Source: a virus
Taxonomy: Duplodnaviria; Caudoviricetes
DNA length: 64,000 bases
IMG/VR virus record: IMGVR_UViG_3300005458_000015
Span: 18,163 to 82,162 of that record
Direction: 5' to 3' (one strand)
Positions 54,052 through 64,000 of this stretch are shown here, in pieces. The notes beneath the pieces are model-generated. The model saw nothing but the letters and a program-made list of their open reading frames with translations, had not been told where the DNA came from and did not search any database. The translations under genes were made by a program, and so were the position numbers. Each line of letters starts with the position of its first letter. Positions within the stretch are counted from its first letter, which is position 1.

Positions 54052-54381
54052 TTACACTCCGCCACCAACCGTGTCGTCTGAGTTAACAACAGGCGTCACA
54101 TTCACCGTGCCGTGGGAGACCACAGCCGGGGTCGGGGTGTTGAGAGCGGTCAGGGCCTGAAGGTGTGCCTGCTTGGTCTTGGACCGAGAGATTGCGTAGA
54201 TGGCTGAGGCAATACCCGCTGCTACTGGGGCCAGCGTCGGCACCAGAGCCACCAGGTTGTCCTTGGGAAGCACATGACCGAACAGGGTGGCAAAAGCCAC
54301 CACCGCCGAGATCACCACTGTAAGCAAGGTGACCCAGAACTCTGTCGTGGTGTAACCAGGCTTGGGGTCGAGCGTATCCAT
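54052..54381 (-). CDS. Holin
   Basis: KPGYTTTEFW plus two TM helices, directly after the endolysin. Confidence 0.75.
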   Translation of the reverse strand: MDTLDPKPGYTTTEFWVTLLTVVISAVVAFATLFGHVLPKDNLVALVPTLAPVAAGIASAIYAISRSKTKQAHLQALTALNTPTPAVVSHGTVNVTPVVNSDDTVGGGV

Positions 54382-54390
54382 CCCATACTC

Positions 54391-55209
54391 CTAAGTGATC
54401 GGTGAAATGAAGGCGGCGTTCCAGGTGGCTGGTCCCACCATGCCATCGACGCCGAGGTGCTTCTCCTGCTGGAAGGCCCTGGTCACGGCCACACACTTGG
54501 GACCGTACTGCCCATCGGCTACCCCGATTGCCTTCCAGCCACGATGCAGCATCTGCACCTGATAGGCGTGTACGTCGTCCCCATGCACCCCGAGCCGAAG
54601 AATGCGACCAGGGAAGCGTGGTGCCTGTTGGTGCCCTGGAACCACCGGCTTGGGTGCAGGAACCACGGTGCCGTAGTGCGCCTTCACCTTGGAGATGAAG
54701 TATCCCCAGGGGAAGTTGTGGCCAGGGTCGGTGTGATCGCTCTGATGCCAGGCCTGGGAGACATCGACGTGACCGCAAATCCCCCTCTTACCTGCGAGCA
54801 GGTCTGACGCATTGATCTTCACTACCGGAATCCCGAACCGGTGGCACAGTTCCGCTACCCGGACGGCAGCGACATCGAGGATGTGCTCGATGTCGGTCCA
54901 CTGCCCAGGCGAGTAGGTGGCCTCAGCACAGATCTCGATGCCGATCGAACCGGGGTTGGGCGGAGCGTGCCAGGCAATGGCACCGTCCCGCACACAGTGC
55001 TCTTCCCGCACCCCATCCCGGATGTAGTGGGCTGACCCACCGGAAGAGGCACTACGGAAATACTCCGCCGTGCTGTGGGCCTCGCCATTGGCGGAGGCCT
55101 CTATCCCCTTCAACCCTGGTGCAGTGGCATGGATCACCACCCGGTGCACCGGATAGTTGGAGCCAGACGAGACGTGATACGCCTGGACTGTGATCGGAGG
55201 CTCAGCCAT
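54391..55209 (-). CDS. Endolysin: N-acetylmuramoyl-L-alanine amidase + peptidoglycan-binding domain
   Basis: VVIHAT, SAHY, AWHA, SIGIEI, GHVD..HTDPG; C-terminal DGQYGP..RAFQ...LGVDGMVGPATW. Confidence 0.92.
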   Translation of the reverse strand: MAEPPITVQAYHVSSGSNYPVHRVVIHATAPGLKGIEASANGEAHSTAEYFRSASSGGSAHYIRDGVREEHCVRDGAIAWHAPPNPGSIGIEICAEATYSPGQWTDIEHILDVAAVRVAELCHRFGIPVVKINASDLLAGKRGICGHVDVSQAWHQSDHTDPGHNFPWGYFISKVKAHYGTVVPAPKPVVPGHQQAPRFPGRILRLGVHGDDVHAYQVQMLHRGWKAIGVADGQYGPKCVAVTRAFQQEKHLGVDGMVGPATWNAAFISPIT

Positions 55210-55237
55210 TTAGATCCTCTCCATCCCCTTACACACG

Positions 55238-55594
55238 CTACTGGAACTGGATCGCCAAGTCGTTGACCGGCACGATAAACGTACCCCCGTAGTTGACCGT
55301 CAAAGTTGTCGGCAGCGCCAGGGAGTAGACACAGTTGCTGCCGGTGGCCAACTCCCAGATGCCGAAGTAACTGATCGTGCAGGCAGGCAGGTTGTAGAAG
55401 ACCAACTGGTTGGTGTTGGCAACTGTCCGGTTAGACGGAGCGGTCCAGGTGATCCGCTGCCGAGCGTAAGAGCCACCGGATATCTCTGAGGAGGCCAGAC
55501 CAGCGGTGGTGGGGTCGTTGTCATGCAGGCCCAGGTAGTGGTTGGTGAAGTAGGCCTGCAACACCACACCGGCCAAGTAGTTGGTCATCGGCAT
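55238..55594 (-). CDS. Minor tail protein (GGSYAR family, paralog 2)
   Basis: YLGLH..DP......EISGGSYARQ.ITW..P...FGIWE..TG.N. Confidence 0.75.
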   Translation of the reverse strand: MPMTNYLAGVVLQAYFTNHYLGLHDNDPTTAGLASSEISGGSYARQRITWTAPSNRTVANTNQLVFYNLPACTISYFGIWELATGSNCVYSLALPTTLTVNYGGTFIVPVNDLAIQFQ

Positions 55595-55596
55595 GA

Positions 55597-57696
55597 CTAG
55601 ACTCCAGGCTCTTGACGGTAAAGACGACCAGTGAAGTACACATAGTCGTGATACTCCGCATAAACGATGCCATACATCGTGATCACTGACTCGATCTCCT
55701 TGGCGGTGGGTCGATCCAGCGGGAACCTGGAGTTCAGGTCGAACGTCCACGGCGTCTCATCGATCAACTCACCGGTCAACGGGTCTCCTGCGGTCTTTTC
55801 CCCAGGGGAGTAACCAGCAGGCTGGTTGGCATGACCCCAACCGATCACCATCTCCTGCTGGGGCAGGGTGGTGGCACCGGGAGTGTCAGCAGGGATGGGC
55901 AGGCCATTGACATCCACGCTCTCGAAGGCGTTGGGGATGAACGGTGATGGCCCCAGAGCGTCATACGGCATGTCGTTGGCGTCCACATAGACGTTGTAGA
56001 TGGACAGGTGGAAGGGGATCTTCAGCAGATTCCCGTCCCGGTCATAGGCGGCGAACTCAGTGAGCCGAATGGTGCCCTTCTCGGCCATTCTGATCCCGAA
56101 CGTGCTCCAGCGCTGGTGCCTAGTGCCATTGGCGTGGCAAGCGATGTAGAAATGCGGGTACTTCTTGGGCGGGTATTTCTTAACATGAGCGGTATAAGGG
56201 AACTTGTCGGTAGAGCCCATGTCCTTGTAGAACGGCAGTGCTCCCAGCGGCATGTAGCCCGAGCCCTTGGAGTAGTTCCAGGGGGCGTACTGATCCTGGA
56301 TCAGCACTGAGCGCTTGTTGATCTGGAGCATGGTGACCGGTGTCAACGGGTCACGGGTACGGACCAGCACTTCTTCCAGCGTGAGCAGGTCACGGAACTT
56401 GTTGTCGATCTTGAGTTCCACCGTGCCGTCATTGATGTTGTGATCGGCTTCAGCGATGTTGAACAACACCCCACGAGTGCCAGTGCCGACAACGAAGTAG
56501 ACGACGATGGTCTCTCCCGCCTTGATGAACTCCTTAGGTCCACCTGAGGGTGAGACTTTCAGGCTCATAGTCCCGGCCAGCCCAGGATCAGAGTCGATCT
56601 TGAGCGTCTTACCAGCGGACAACAGTGCCTGCCGCTCATCGAAGCCGTTGGTGTACTTGATATTGGCTTCCACCGTCATCTTGTTCGGGTTGAAGCGGGG
56701 GTTGTTGATGTAGGGGTAGACCTCTGGGTCATAGGCCATCGGCTCGTAGCCGGTCAAACCAGAGTGGGCGTCCACCACCTGGCGGTTCCATTCCACCCCG
56801 GAGGCATCGGTGCCTTCTCCGTAGATCACGTTGGCGAACTGGGTCAGGTCCCGAGTCAGACTAAGTGTCACCCCAGGCTGTCCGGCGTAGACCGTGTAGG
56901 TCGGGGTGATGTTGATCTTCTGTCGGACATAGAGCACCGGTTGACGATTACGGTCCAGCCGCATCGTCCACTGCTGGCCCTTGTCATCGAACATCACCGA
57001 CAACAGGGACTGGATATAGCCGGTCAGGCTCTTATCCCAGGAGCCGGTGTCTCTCCCAAAGAAACCAGTGATCTTCTGCCCCGGAGTCACACCCACTGGC
57101 TGGAGATAGGACGGGGTGGAGGCAGACGGGGCTGCCATCACCTTGGTGTAGCCCACCGGCCACTCGATCTTCAACGGCTTGGTCCGAAGGGAAGGCCTTT
57201 GGCCATGATCGAAGCAGAACCCGATCAGGTTCTCGTAAGCCCATGGGCGTGAAGGATAGAACGGCTTCTGCACGTACTTGTCCAACTGGAACATCGCCCC
57301 CTGGCACTGGATGGTGAGTGCGGAGGAACTCTCGTCACTCGACCATTCCCACGAGGCCAGGAAGCCCTCCCAGACCACCTGGCGATAGCCGTTGGCGGTG
57401 TCAAAGGGAGTGTGGGCTACCGGTTGTCCGGTATTGACATAAATGGTGACGTTGGCAAAGTCCTTCAGCCAGGAGAGTTCACCATGACCGACGTCATCAA
57501 AGATGGTGATCTGCGGGAACTGGATCTCTGCGGTAGCAGGACCAAAGGGATCGGCAAAGGAGTAGGACAACACCTGTGTCGGCACGTTACGGAAGTAAGT
57601 GACATCCACCAGTGCCGAGCCAGGTGGCTGGATCTCGACGTGAAACATCCCCAGTGTCGTCTGGGTGACGTCGTCTACTTCCCAAGGAGTCGGCAT
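55597..57696 (-). CDS. Minor tail protein (tail tip/hub-like)
   Basis: 699 aa in the tail operon; DLTQFANVIYGEG pattern typical of siphophage hub proteins. Confidence 0.7.
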   Translation of the reverse strand: MPTPWEVDDVTQTTLGMFHVEIQPPGSALVDVTYFRNVPTQVLSYSFADPFGPATAEIQFPQITIFDDVGHGELSWLKDFANVTIYVNTGQPVAHTPFDTANGYRQVVWEGFLASWEWSSDESSSALTIQCQGAMFQLDKYVQKPFYPSRPWAYENLIGFCFDHGQRPSLRTKPLKIEWPVGYTKVMAAPSASTPSYLQPVGVTPGQKITGFFGRDTGSWDKSLTGYIQSLLSVMFDDKGQQWTMRLDRNRQPVLYVRQKINITPTYTVYAGQPGVTLSLTRDLTQFANVIYGEGTDASGVEWNRQVVDAHSGLTGYEPMAYDPEVYPYINNPRFNPNKMTVEANIKYTNGFDERQALLSAGKTLKIDSDPGLAGTMSLKVSPSGGPKEFIKAGETIVVYFVVGTGTRGVLFNIAEADHNINDGTVELKIDNKFRDLLTLEEVLVRTRDPLTPVTMLQINKRSVLIQDQYAPWNYSKGSGYMPLGALPFYKDMGSTDKFPYTAHVKKYPPKKYPHFYIACHANGTRHQRWSTFGIRMAEKGTIRLTEFAAYDRDGNLLKIPFHLSIYNVYVDANDMPYDALGPSPFIPNAFESVDVNGLPIPADTPGATTLPQQEMVIGWGHANQPAGYSPGEKTAGDPLTGELIDETPWTFDLNSRFPLDRPTAKEIESVITMYGIVYAEYHDYVYFTGRLYRQEPGV

Positions 57697-57701
57697 GGTT
57701 C

Positions 57702-59597
57702 CTACTTGTAGAGGGTGAAGAGATAGACGCCTTGCAGGTAGTTGGACACTGTCTCCACTTCAGTCAGTGCCAGCGCCCGGTTCCAGTAAGCGATCTCAAA
57801 CAGGGACATGTGTGAGGCAGCGAGTTCGGAGACGGTGTTCTTCCTCCGGCCCAGCACCCACTGCTGATTGCCTGCTTGCCCGCCATAGAGAGTGTGGTGC
57901 TCCCACAGTTTGTAACCGGAGATGTAGCAGTTGATCGCCCCTGGCACCCGTACAAAGGTGAGGATCAACGGACGGGTAGACGGCAACGTAGCCGCCTTGT
58001 AGACCGAGTGGCCATCCGACATCTGCGCGTTGAGATAGGTCGTTCCTGCTGTTCCACCATGGGCCAGACCCAGCAACCCACCACTAGCGAAGCCGTCCGA
58101 GATGGAGACAACGTCTCCCTCGTTGACCTGGTCGTCGTAAGTGGTGGGAGTGGCTGCACCGAAATCCAGGATGTTCTGCCACAGATGCAAGTTCATCGGG
58201 TGGAAGATGCCTGCCACCATCCAGGTGTAGGGCACGTTCTGGGGCGCACCCAGGTCCATCCACATGTGCTGCACATAGCGCCACCACATATGAACCACCC
58301 GACCGTAGGTCTGAAGGCTCAGACTCTCGTTGTGGAAGAAGGTGTGCGGGTGCACGGTCGGAGAGTAGATCCCTGCTGAGGTCCATGCCGGTCCACCCGA
58401 GTGCTCCGGCCAGGACGTGATGGCTGCATCATCTGCTCCACCAACGTCAGTAGCCACCCATCGATGTGTGGAGGCCACCGGGAGAACGTGGTTGATCGAA
58501 GTGGGAGAGGGAGCATCGGAGTAGACGTAGGAGTGCGCAGTGGTGATCGAGGAGGTCTGCACCGAGTTGTAGACCGGGAGAAAGGGTCTTCCCTGGATGA
58601 TGAACGGCTGCGGCATGGTCACCGTGGTGGAGACCATCGGCTTGACCAGGCTCAGGATGTTCTGCGGGATGTCGATCGGGACCTCTAGTTGCAGGTCGCC
58701 GTAAGACTCCAGCCCGAACCCGCCGTCATAGGACTCGTGGAACTGGTCCGAGGAAGCCACTCCGGTCATGGTGGAGTCGGCCGCCATCGTGGCGGCTCCC
58801 AGATCTGCCTCGGTTTGTGAGTCGGTGATGAACGAGGTATTGACGATCATGTCGCACTCGCCCGAAGGCTTGCCCGCCCCCATGTAGGACGTGACCTTCA
58901 TGGTGACCCTGGGCAGCGCTTCTACCGTTCCCCGGAAGGTGGTGATGGTGTCCGAGGACATTGGCACCCAGGGGAAAGGGGCAACCGGCAGTGCGGTGAC
59001 ATGACCGGAAATGTTGATGTTGGTGAGCCGGAAGTACCTAGGCAACTTCGGTGGGGTACGTGCCTTCACCGTGGTTCCACCGTGGGTGACAGGTGGGATG
59101 TAGGAACCGGTTTTTAGCACCCAGGAAATGGTGTTCCAGCCCGCTCGTAGCGCAGTGGAGTCAGTGGTCCAACCATGACCCGCAGAGTGCGAGTGCATGT
59201 GCATGACCTTGCGGTTGACCACCAGGTAGATCCGGTCGGTCTTGTACCCGTCGAAAGACCGGTCGTAGGACAGGGTGGCAGCAGCACTGAGGTGCACGAC
59301 CATGGTGAAGGTCTGCACGTCGTCCCACTGGATCTGCGGGAAGATCAGGTAGTAGAAGTTGGTGGTCTGCGATCCACCATGTACGCCTTTGTCGTAGTTG
59401 TTAGGTTCATCCTTGCGGTTCTTGTAGTGCAGGGTGAACTGCTTACGCGAGTAAGGCTCCGGAAAGACGTTGCCCTCGAAGACGTGGACTTCGTTCGAGT
59501 AGTTGAACTCAGGTGGGCTCAGCGGGATCTGTAGGTTATAGGGATACCCGTAATTGAAATCCTCATTGAATACACCACCAGCAAGGGTCATCCCCAT
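57702..59597 (-). CDS. Minor tail protein with C-terminal lectin/LamG-like domain
   Basis: 631 aa; LFEIAYWNRAL...EV..VSNYL C-terminus. Confidence 0.7.
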   Translation of the reverse strand: MGMTLAGGVFNEDFNYGYPYNLQIPLSPPEFNYSNEVHVFEGNVFPEPYSRKQFTLHYKNRKDEPNNYDKGVHGGSQTTNFYYLIFPQIQWDDVQTFTMVVHLSAAATLSYDRSFDGYKTDRIYLVVNRKVMHMHSHSAGHGWTTDSTALRAGWNTISWVLKTGSYIPPVTHGGTTVKARTPPKLPRYFRLTNINISGHVTALPVAPFPWVPMSSDTITTFRGTVEALPRVTMKVTSYMGAGKPSGECDMIVNTSFITDSQTEADLGAATMAADSTMTGVASSDQFHESYDGGFGLESYGDLQLEVPIDIPQNILSLVKPMVSTTVTMPQPFIIQGRPFLPVYNSVQTSSITTAHSYVYSDAPSPTSINHVLPVASTHRWVATDVGGADDAAITSWPEHSGGPAWTSAGIYSPTVHPHTFFHNESLSLQTYGRVVHMWWRYVQHMWMDLGAPQNVPYTWMVAGIFHPMNLHLWQNILDFGAATPTTYDDQVNEGDVVSISDGFASGGLLGLAHGGTAGTTYLNAQMSDGHSVYKAATLPSTRPLILTFVRVPGAINCYISGYKLWEHHTLYGGQAGNQQWVLGRRKNTVSELAASHMSLFEIAYWNRALALTEVETVSNYLQGVYLFTLYK

Positions 59598-59605
59598 AGT
59601 GGCTC

Positions 59606-59986
59606 CTACGTCATCGAGACGTTGAGATCGCCTGCCCGCACTGTGAACGTGTCACCCGAAGCAAGCACCCGAGCCGCAGTCAGAGCCCCGAAGAAGAGCA
59701 GGTTGCCACCGGTTATCGCGTCCCTAATACCCAGGTAGGTCACCGTAACCGCTGGCATCGAGGCGAAGTTGATGTCAGCGGAGTTGGTAGCCACTCCTGA
59801 AGCGGGAGCACTGAAGGACACTGCCTGTCGCGCATAGGACCCACCAGTGACCTCAGTACCCGAGTCATTGGCAGTGGGGTTGGTGCTGTACGCCGCCAGG
59901 TAAACCGTGGTGGGAGAGGTCATCGCCACATGCCGAAGCACATGGTTGAGCAGCGCATTCTCCAGATAGGAACTGAGCGCAGGCAT
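59606..59986 (-). CDS. Minor tail protein (GGSYAR family, paralog 3)
   Basis: SSYLENALLNH...VYLA.....P.....GTEVTGGSYARQ...GIRDA.TGGNLL..GDTF. Confidence 0.8.
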   Translation of the reverse strand: MPALSSYLENALLNHVLRHVAMTSPTTVYLAAYSTNPTANDSGTEVTGGSYARQAVSFSAPASGVATNSADINFASMPAVTVTYLGIRDAITGGNLLFFGALTAARVLASGDTFTVRAGDLNVSMT

Positions 59987-60018
59987 ATCCGTATCCTCCG
60001 GGGGTCTGTCAGCCTTGT

Positions 60019-60462
60019 CTAACTGGCTGGGATGATCGCTTGGGTGGGTTGGTTGGCGCTCAGCACCAGAGCCCCAGGATCGAACCTCAGCCGGGTACCG
60101 ACTGAAGCCACCTGGGGAATGCGCAGTCGCCCAGCCAGGTAGACGTTGCCACCAGTAGCAGCGTCACAGAAGACGTAGCCAGAGATGGCAGGCCAGTCCG
60201 CAGTGGAGACAGCCGGGAAGAAGATGGTGACGACGTTGCTCACCACCCCTCCCGAAGGGGCTCCCCAGACAGTGACGTCGTTGGTGGCCTGGACCCTGGC
60301 GTAGCCATTGGCCGTGGGAGGCTCCAGCAGCATCGTGCCGTCCGCTGACGGGTCGGGAAGGTCAGTGACCAAGGCGACCCAAAACGAGGTCGGTACGGCG
60401 TACTGAGCCCCGAAGAACGACCCTGAGATGTAGTTGAGGCCGTAATCGGTGACGACAGACAT
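60019..60462 (-). CDS. Minor tail protein (GGSYAR family, divergent paralog 4)
   Basis: TDYGLNY...WVAL.T..P......EP....GYARV...CDAATGGN. Confidence 0.7.
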   Translation of the reverse strand: MSVVTDYGLNYISGSFFGAQYAVPTSFWVALVTDLPDPSADGTMLLEPPTANGYARVQATNDVTVWGAPSGGVVSNVVTIFFPAVSTADWPAISGYVFCDAATGGNVYLAGRLRIPQVASVGTRLRFDPGALVLSANQPTQAIIPAS

Positions 60463-60911
60463 CAGACCCCCTGAACCGGTACCGGTGACCGATAGAGGGA
60501 GAACTTTACCCTCAACTGTTGAGCCTGTGCCCGTCCACTGGTCCAGTCGATGGCGTAGTCAGCAGGCTGACAGGCATAGGTGTACGGCACCCCGTCCCAT
60601 TGGACGGTGAAGTTGAAACTGAACTGGCTGAAGGCGTCGATCAGGGTCTTCAGATTGGCCTGGAGTCCAGCGTGCCCTCCTGGCACCTTGCCAGCCAGAA
60701 CCTCGAAAGCCACCGAGTCCTGCACCAGGTCCCTGACTGCGGAGATGAGGATCTGACTCTCCACGAAGGGACTCTGGGCCTGGTTACGCCGCCAACTCAC
60801 CGTTGCCGACAAGATCGAGTCCGACGACAAGATGAAGTTGGTGTGGTCGTTGATGTCCAGATCAGCCAGCCCCAGCAGGTCGCGGGAGACTGCCGCTACC
60901 AAAGTGTTCAT
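60462..60911 (-). CDS. Minor tail protein directly after the tape measure (Dit-like position)
   Basis: 149 aa; ATGA overlap with the tape measure gene. Confidence 0.6.
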   Translation of the reverse strand: MNTLVAAVSRDLLGLADLDINDHTNFILSSDSILSATVSWRRNQAQSPFVESQILISAVRDLVQDSVAFEVLAGKVPGGHAGLQANLKTLIDAFSQFSFNFTVQWDGVPYTYACQPADYAIDWTSGRAQAQQLRVKFSLYRSPVPVQGV

Positions 60912-63900
60912 GAAGTCCTCGCAACCGGACGGGAGAGGGCTGCCAGCCGCTTCCTAGCCTGCAACTTACGAGCCATCTCGTTCGGGTCCTGGGACATCAC
61001 AGTGATCGCACCAGTGAAGTTGGTGGACTGGTCGTAATGGTGCTGGATGTTGCCGATCTGAACGCTAGCCCGAGGCAGGGTATGGGTCATCGCCACTGTG
61101 CTGTGGGACAGACCAGTCTGCGAGATGGTCCGAGCCACCACACTGGCGACGAATGAGGCACCCACTGCATTCAACGGGATGACAGCCTCAGGACCGTTCT
61201 CCCCTACACCAATGTGCTGACGAGAGCCAAAGACACCACCCTGCGCATACCAGTGCACAGCCCTCTCATGTGCCTCCGCCTTCAACGGGTCGCCGTAACG
61301 CTCCTTGATGTAAGCGATACCAGCAGCAATCTGAGAAGCAGGATTGGTGCGCCAGTCCTTGTAGCGGTAGTAGAAGTGCGGAATGTTGCCGCCGAGGAGT
61401 TGCGGAATACCGTAGGCCGAAGAGGTGGGGTTGTCGGCATATTGGTTCCAGCCTGACTCCGAGTTCCACAGAGCCTGCCAGGCAGCCCACTCCTTGCCCT
61501 TGGCCCAACTAGGCATCATCGACTTGGCAATCGATTGGTTGTAAGCCGGGTTCGCCGGATGTGCCCGCATGAAGTCTTCACTGGGCCGCATGTCGGCGTA
61601 TGCCGAGTTCGGGTTGGTGGTGGACATGGTCGAGATATGACCAGTCCCTGCGGTAGAGCCGGTGCCGGGAGCGACATAGGTGTTGAAGGTCTTGGTCTGC
61701 TTCTGCCCGTTGGCTCCCATCACCGTTGAGGTAGAGGTGACCGGAACGTCACCCACCCCGCCACCAGAACGAGAGCCGGACAGGTTCACCCCACCCTGAG
61801 TCCCGGTGGGAGAACCTCCACCACTGGCCTGGATAGCCGCGATGGTGGAGTTAATGAAGGCTTGGCTGACGTTACGCACCTTGCCAATGGCAGTCACAAT
61901 GCCCCTGGCATAGGCCTGGATGTGGGTCAACCCCGAGTTCATCGCAGCCTTGTTCAACTCATCGAAGTTGGTATACAACTGCTGACCCAACTCACTAATT
62001 TGCTGAGCACTCTGCTTCTGCGCGTGCTCAAAGGCAAGTTCGGCCTGGTGAGCGTTGTAGTCGAACTGACGCTTCATATCAGCGAACTTGGAGTTGTTGA
62101 GGTCAGTGTCCAAACCTTCTGAGATCTTCAGGCGCTTCTTAATCGAGGCGTTGAAGGTCTGCACCAACTTCGGATTCTGTGCGAAGTCCTGCACGTAACG
62201 CTGGGCCTGCTCTACGTTCTTCGGATCGTCAAGACCGAGCAGACGAATGGCATCACGAGACAGACCCTGCTTATGCAGAGTGTCCATCGCCTTCTGTGCA
62301 TCAGCCAGCATCTGCACCTGGTGCTGCATCCCAAGTACGGCTTGACCGGCACCTTCGGTGTACTGCGCTTGGACGAACTGCGCAGGATTGCCGTAGGCGT
62401 TGGCCATGGAGAAGTTCATCTGCCGGATCTGCTCAGCGAACTCATGGTTCTGCTGCTTGATCTGGATATTGCGCTCGTAGAAAGTTTCCTTCTCCTGGAT
62501 GCGGTACTGATGTACCTGTTCCATGTAGGACTTCAATTGCGCCTCAGCAGCAGCAGTCTGCTGAGTAGCCATCCCGATGTAGGTCTGCTCGTCCTGTCCA
62601 GCCTGACCACCAGTACCGAACTGACTGATCATTCCTTGGGCCATGTTGGCGTAACCAGCAGCCATCTGACCTGGAGTCTGGAAGATCGAGTTCTGTTGCT
62701 GAAGCGCCTGGTTGAGTGAGTCAATCTGAGCCTGCACACCCTGGATAGCCGGGTCAGCCGCAGACAACGTGTTCTTGTACTCGGTCCACTCTTCGATCGC
62801 GTGCTGGATGGCGGCAGTATTGGTCAGCATCGGCATGTTGGCTGAGTTACCGCGCTCAGCCCCGTACGTCAGTGCAGCCATGTCCCTGGCGTAGTTGACG
62901 TCGTTGGGGTTGGACATGTTGATGCCGAGACTTGCTGCTGCTCCTCCAATACCAGTTGCGTTGATGCGTTGTGCCTGCGCAACTGTGGTGGAGTGCTGCA
63001 CCGCCGTGTTCAGAGCATTGAACGAAGCGTTGAGGTTGTTGGTGTTAACCCCAGCCTGCTGCAACTGGTTAGCGAAATCCTTGGCCCGCTGGTTGCCATG
63101 CTGAAGGGCATTGATGAAATCGCTCAGACTGTAAACAGTCGAGGTGTCCATCTTGATCTGCTGGTCCTTGGGCACGCCCTTGTTCAACTGGTTGACGATG
63201 GACCCAGCAGCAGCGCTGAAGCGTTCAGCGTTGTACCCGGACTGACTGAGCCCCTGGGCGTCCATGGTGCGCTGGATCGCAACCAGACCAAGACCAGCCT
63301 GTGCGTACTGACCGGTGTTGAGTTGATTGGCGATCGGAGTGACTGCGTCCCTGATCCGCTTGGACGAGTTGGTGCCCTGGAATTGGTTCTCGAAGATGTT
63401 CGAGTCGTCCTTAACCCCTACCAGCAGACTGGCGTTGTTGAGCGCCGCTTGGCTGGCCGAGACACCCTTAAGGTTCAATTGCCGATAGACATCCTGTGCT
63501 GCTTGTGGGCCGTAGGCAGCGATCAGTTCTTCCCGCAGAGCCTGTTGCTGAGCAGTGGACAGCGGGGCACCGTTGTTGCTGGCAATGACGTTCTGGATCA
63601 ATTGCTGAGCGGTACGGACCCGATTGATGCCCTGACGTCCTTGCAATCGACCGATGTCTCCACCGGCCGACTTAGAGAACCCGCCTGAAGTAGCAGTAGA
63701 AAGTTCACTCTGACCAAACGGGGTGACTTTGTCAGATGGAGCAGTAGGAGCAGCACCTTGAGGCTTGGTGTAGGTGCCACCAGCAGCACGAACAAGAGCA
63801 GCACCCAGGTCATCCATGTTGTTCGCTGCGTCTTGCGCGCTGCTGTGCAGATGCTTGAACTCAGCCGCCAGCGGAATGCCTACCGCTGCCAAGATCCCCA

Positions 63901-64000
63901 GCGGGAAGATGACGTTGGACAGGGCACCAGCAAAGCCAGCCAGAGCATTCATTGCTCCACCGAAGCCTCGACCAGCCAGGCCCAGGAACGAAGTAGTCCT
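60908..64000 (-). CDS. Tape measure protein (5' end outside the window) with lytic transglycosylase domain
   Basis: Frame open to the window edge; long A/Q/G-rich helical region; W.ALWNSESGWN..ADNP.SSAYGIPQ motif near the C-terminus. Confidence 0.9.
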   Translation of the reverse strand, partial: RTTSFLGLAGRGFGGAMNALAGFAGALSNVIFPLGILAAVGIPLAAEFKHLHSSAQDAANNMDDLGAALVRAAGGTYTKPQGAAPTAPSDKVTPFGQSELSTATSGGFSKSAGGDIGRLQGRQGINRVRTAQQLIQNVIASNNGAPLSTAQQQALREELIAAYGPQAAQDVYRQLNLKGVSASQAALNNASLLVGVKDDSNIFENQFQGTNSSKRIRDAVTPIANQLNTGQYAQAGLGLVAIQRTMDAQGLSQSGYNAERFSAAAGSIVNQLNKGVPKDQQIKMDTSTVYSLSDFINALQHGNQRAKDFANQLQQAGVNTNNLNASFNALNTAVQHSTTVAQAQRINATGIGGAAASLGINMSNPNDVNYARDMAALTYGAERGNSANMPMLTNTAAIQHAIEEWTEYKNTLSAADPAIQGVQAQIDSLNQALQQQNSIFQTPGQMAAGYANMAQGMISQFGTGGQAGQDEQTYIGMATQQTAAAEAQLKSYMEQVHQYRIQEKETFYERNIQIKQQNHEFAEQIRQMNFSMANAYGNPAQFVQAQYTEGAGQAVLGMQHQVQMLADAQKAMDTLHKQGLSRDAIRLLGLDDPKNVEQAQRYVQDFAQNPKLVQTFNASIKKRLKISEGLDTDLNNSKFADMKRQFDYNAHQAELAFEHAQKQSAQQISELGQQLYTNFDELNKAAMNSGLTHIQAYARGIVTAIGKVRNVSQAFINSTIAAIQASGGGSPTGTQGGVNLSGSRSGGGVGDVPVTSTSTVMGANGQKQTKTFNTYVAPGTGSTAGTGHISTMSTTNPNSAYADMRPSEDFMRAHPANPAYNQSIAKSMMPSWAKGKEWAAWQALWNSESGWNQYADNPTSSAYGIPQLLGGNIPHFYYRYKDWRTNPASQIAAGIAYIKERYGDPLKAEAHERAVHWYAQGGVFGSRQHIGVGENGPEAVIPLNAVGASFVASVVARTISQTGLSHSTVAMTHTLPRASVQIGNIQHHYDQSTNFTGAITVMSQDPNEMARKLQARKRLAALSRPVARTS

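Noticed and set aside
1-64000. Genome-wide TGA-to-Trp recoding
   Set aside because: TGA terminates many clear genes, often in ATGA/GTGA overlaps; only one local case (45424) is suggestive.
1-64000. CRISPR array, diversity-generating retroelement, integrase or IS element
   Set aside because: I saw no spaced direct repeats, reverse transcriptase, recombinase or transposase motifs. The Cas4-like gene sits in a replication operon, as is usual for phage exonucleases.

Overview
The window is a 64 kb segment of a large tailed dsDNA phage (or prophage) that infects Actinobacteria, as inferred from WhiB, an Rpf-like transglycosylase, an amidase-PGBD endolysin and a leaderless sigma70-type transcript. 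No host chromosomal genes, integrase, CRISPR array or reverse transcriptase are visible. Layout: (1) 27-16863 (-) holds a late block with a candidate terminase small subunit, a papain-like peptidase, an alpha/beta hydrolase, many tail/fibre proteins, membrane proteins, terminase large subunit and a HicA-like gene. (2) 16883-18325 is a dense island of promoter-gene-terminator units, two candidate small RNAs and a D-arm-less tRNA(CAT)-like element. (3) 18442-28657 (-) is the replication/recombination operon (DnaB, primase, SSB, DnaE, HNH, Cas4-like exonuclease, RuvC, WhiB). (4) 29105-30235 (+) is a ~1.1 kb stretch with no credible ORF, its own consensus promoter and many helices; it is a candidate giant ornate non-coding RNA and the most striking feature. 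(5) 30347-53988 (+) carries early/accessory genes (Rpf-like, macrodomain-like, ParB-like, AAA+ ATPase, a diGly-terminated small protein and its neighbour, metallophosphoesterase, lipoprotein, vWA, HNH). (6) 54052-64000 (-) is the main tail module (tape measure truncated by the window edge), endolysin and holin. All calls come from reading motifs by eye; no database search was run.
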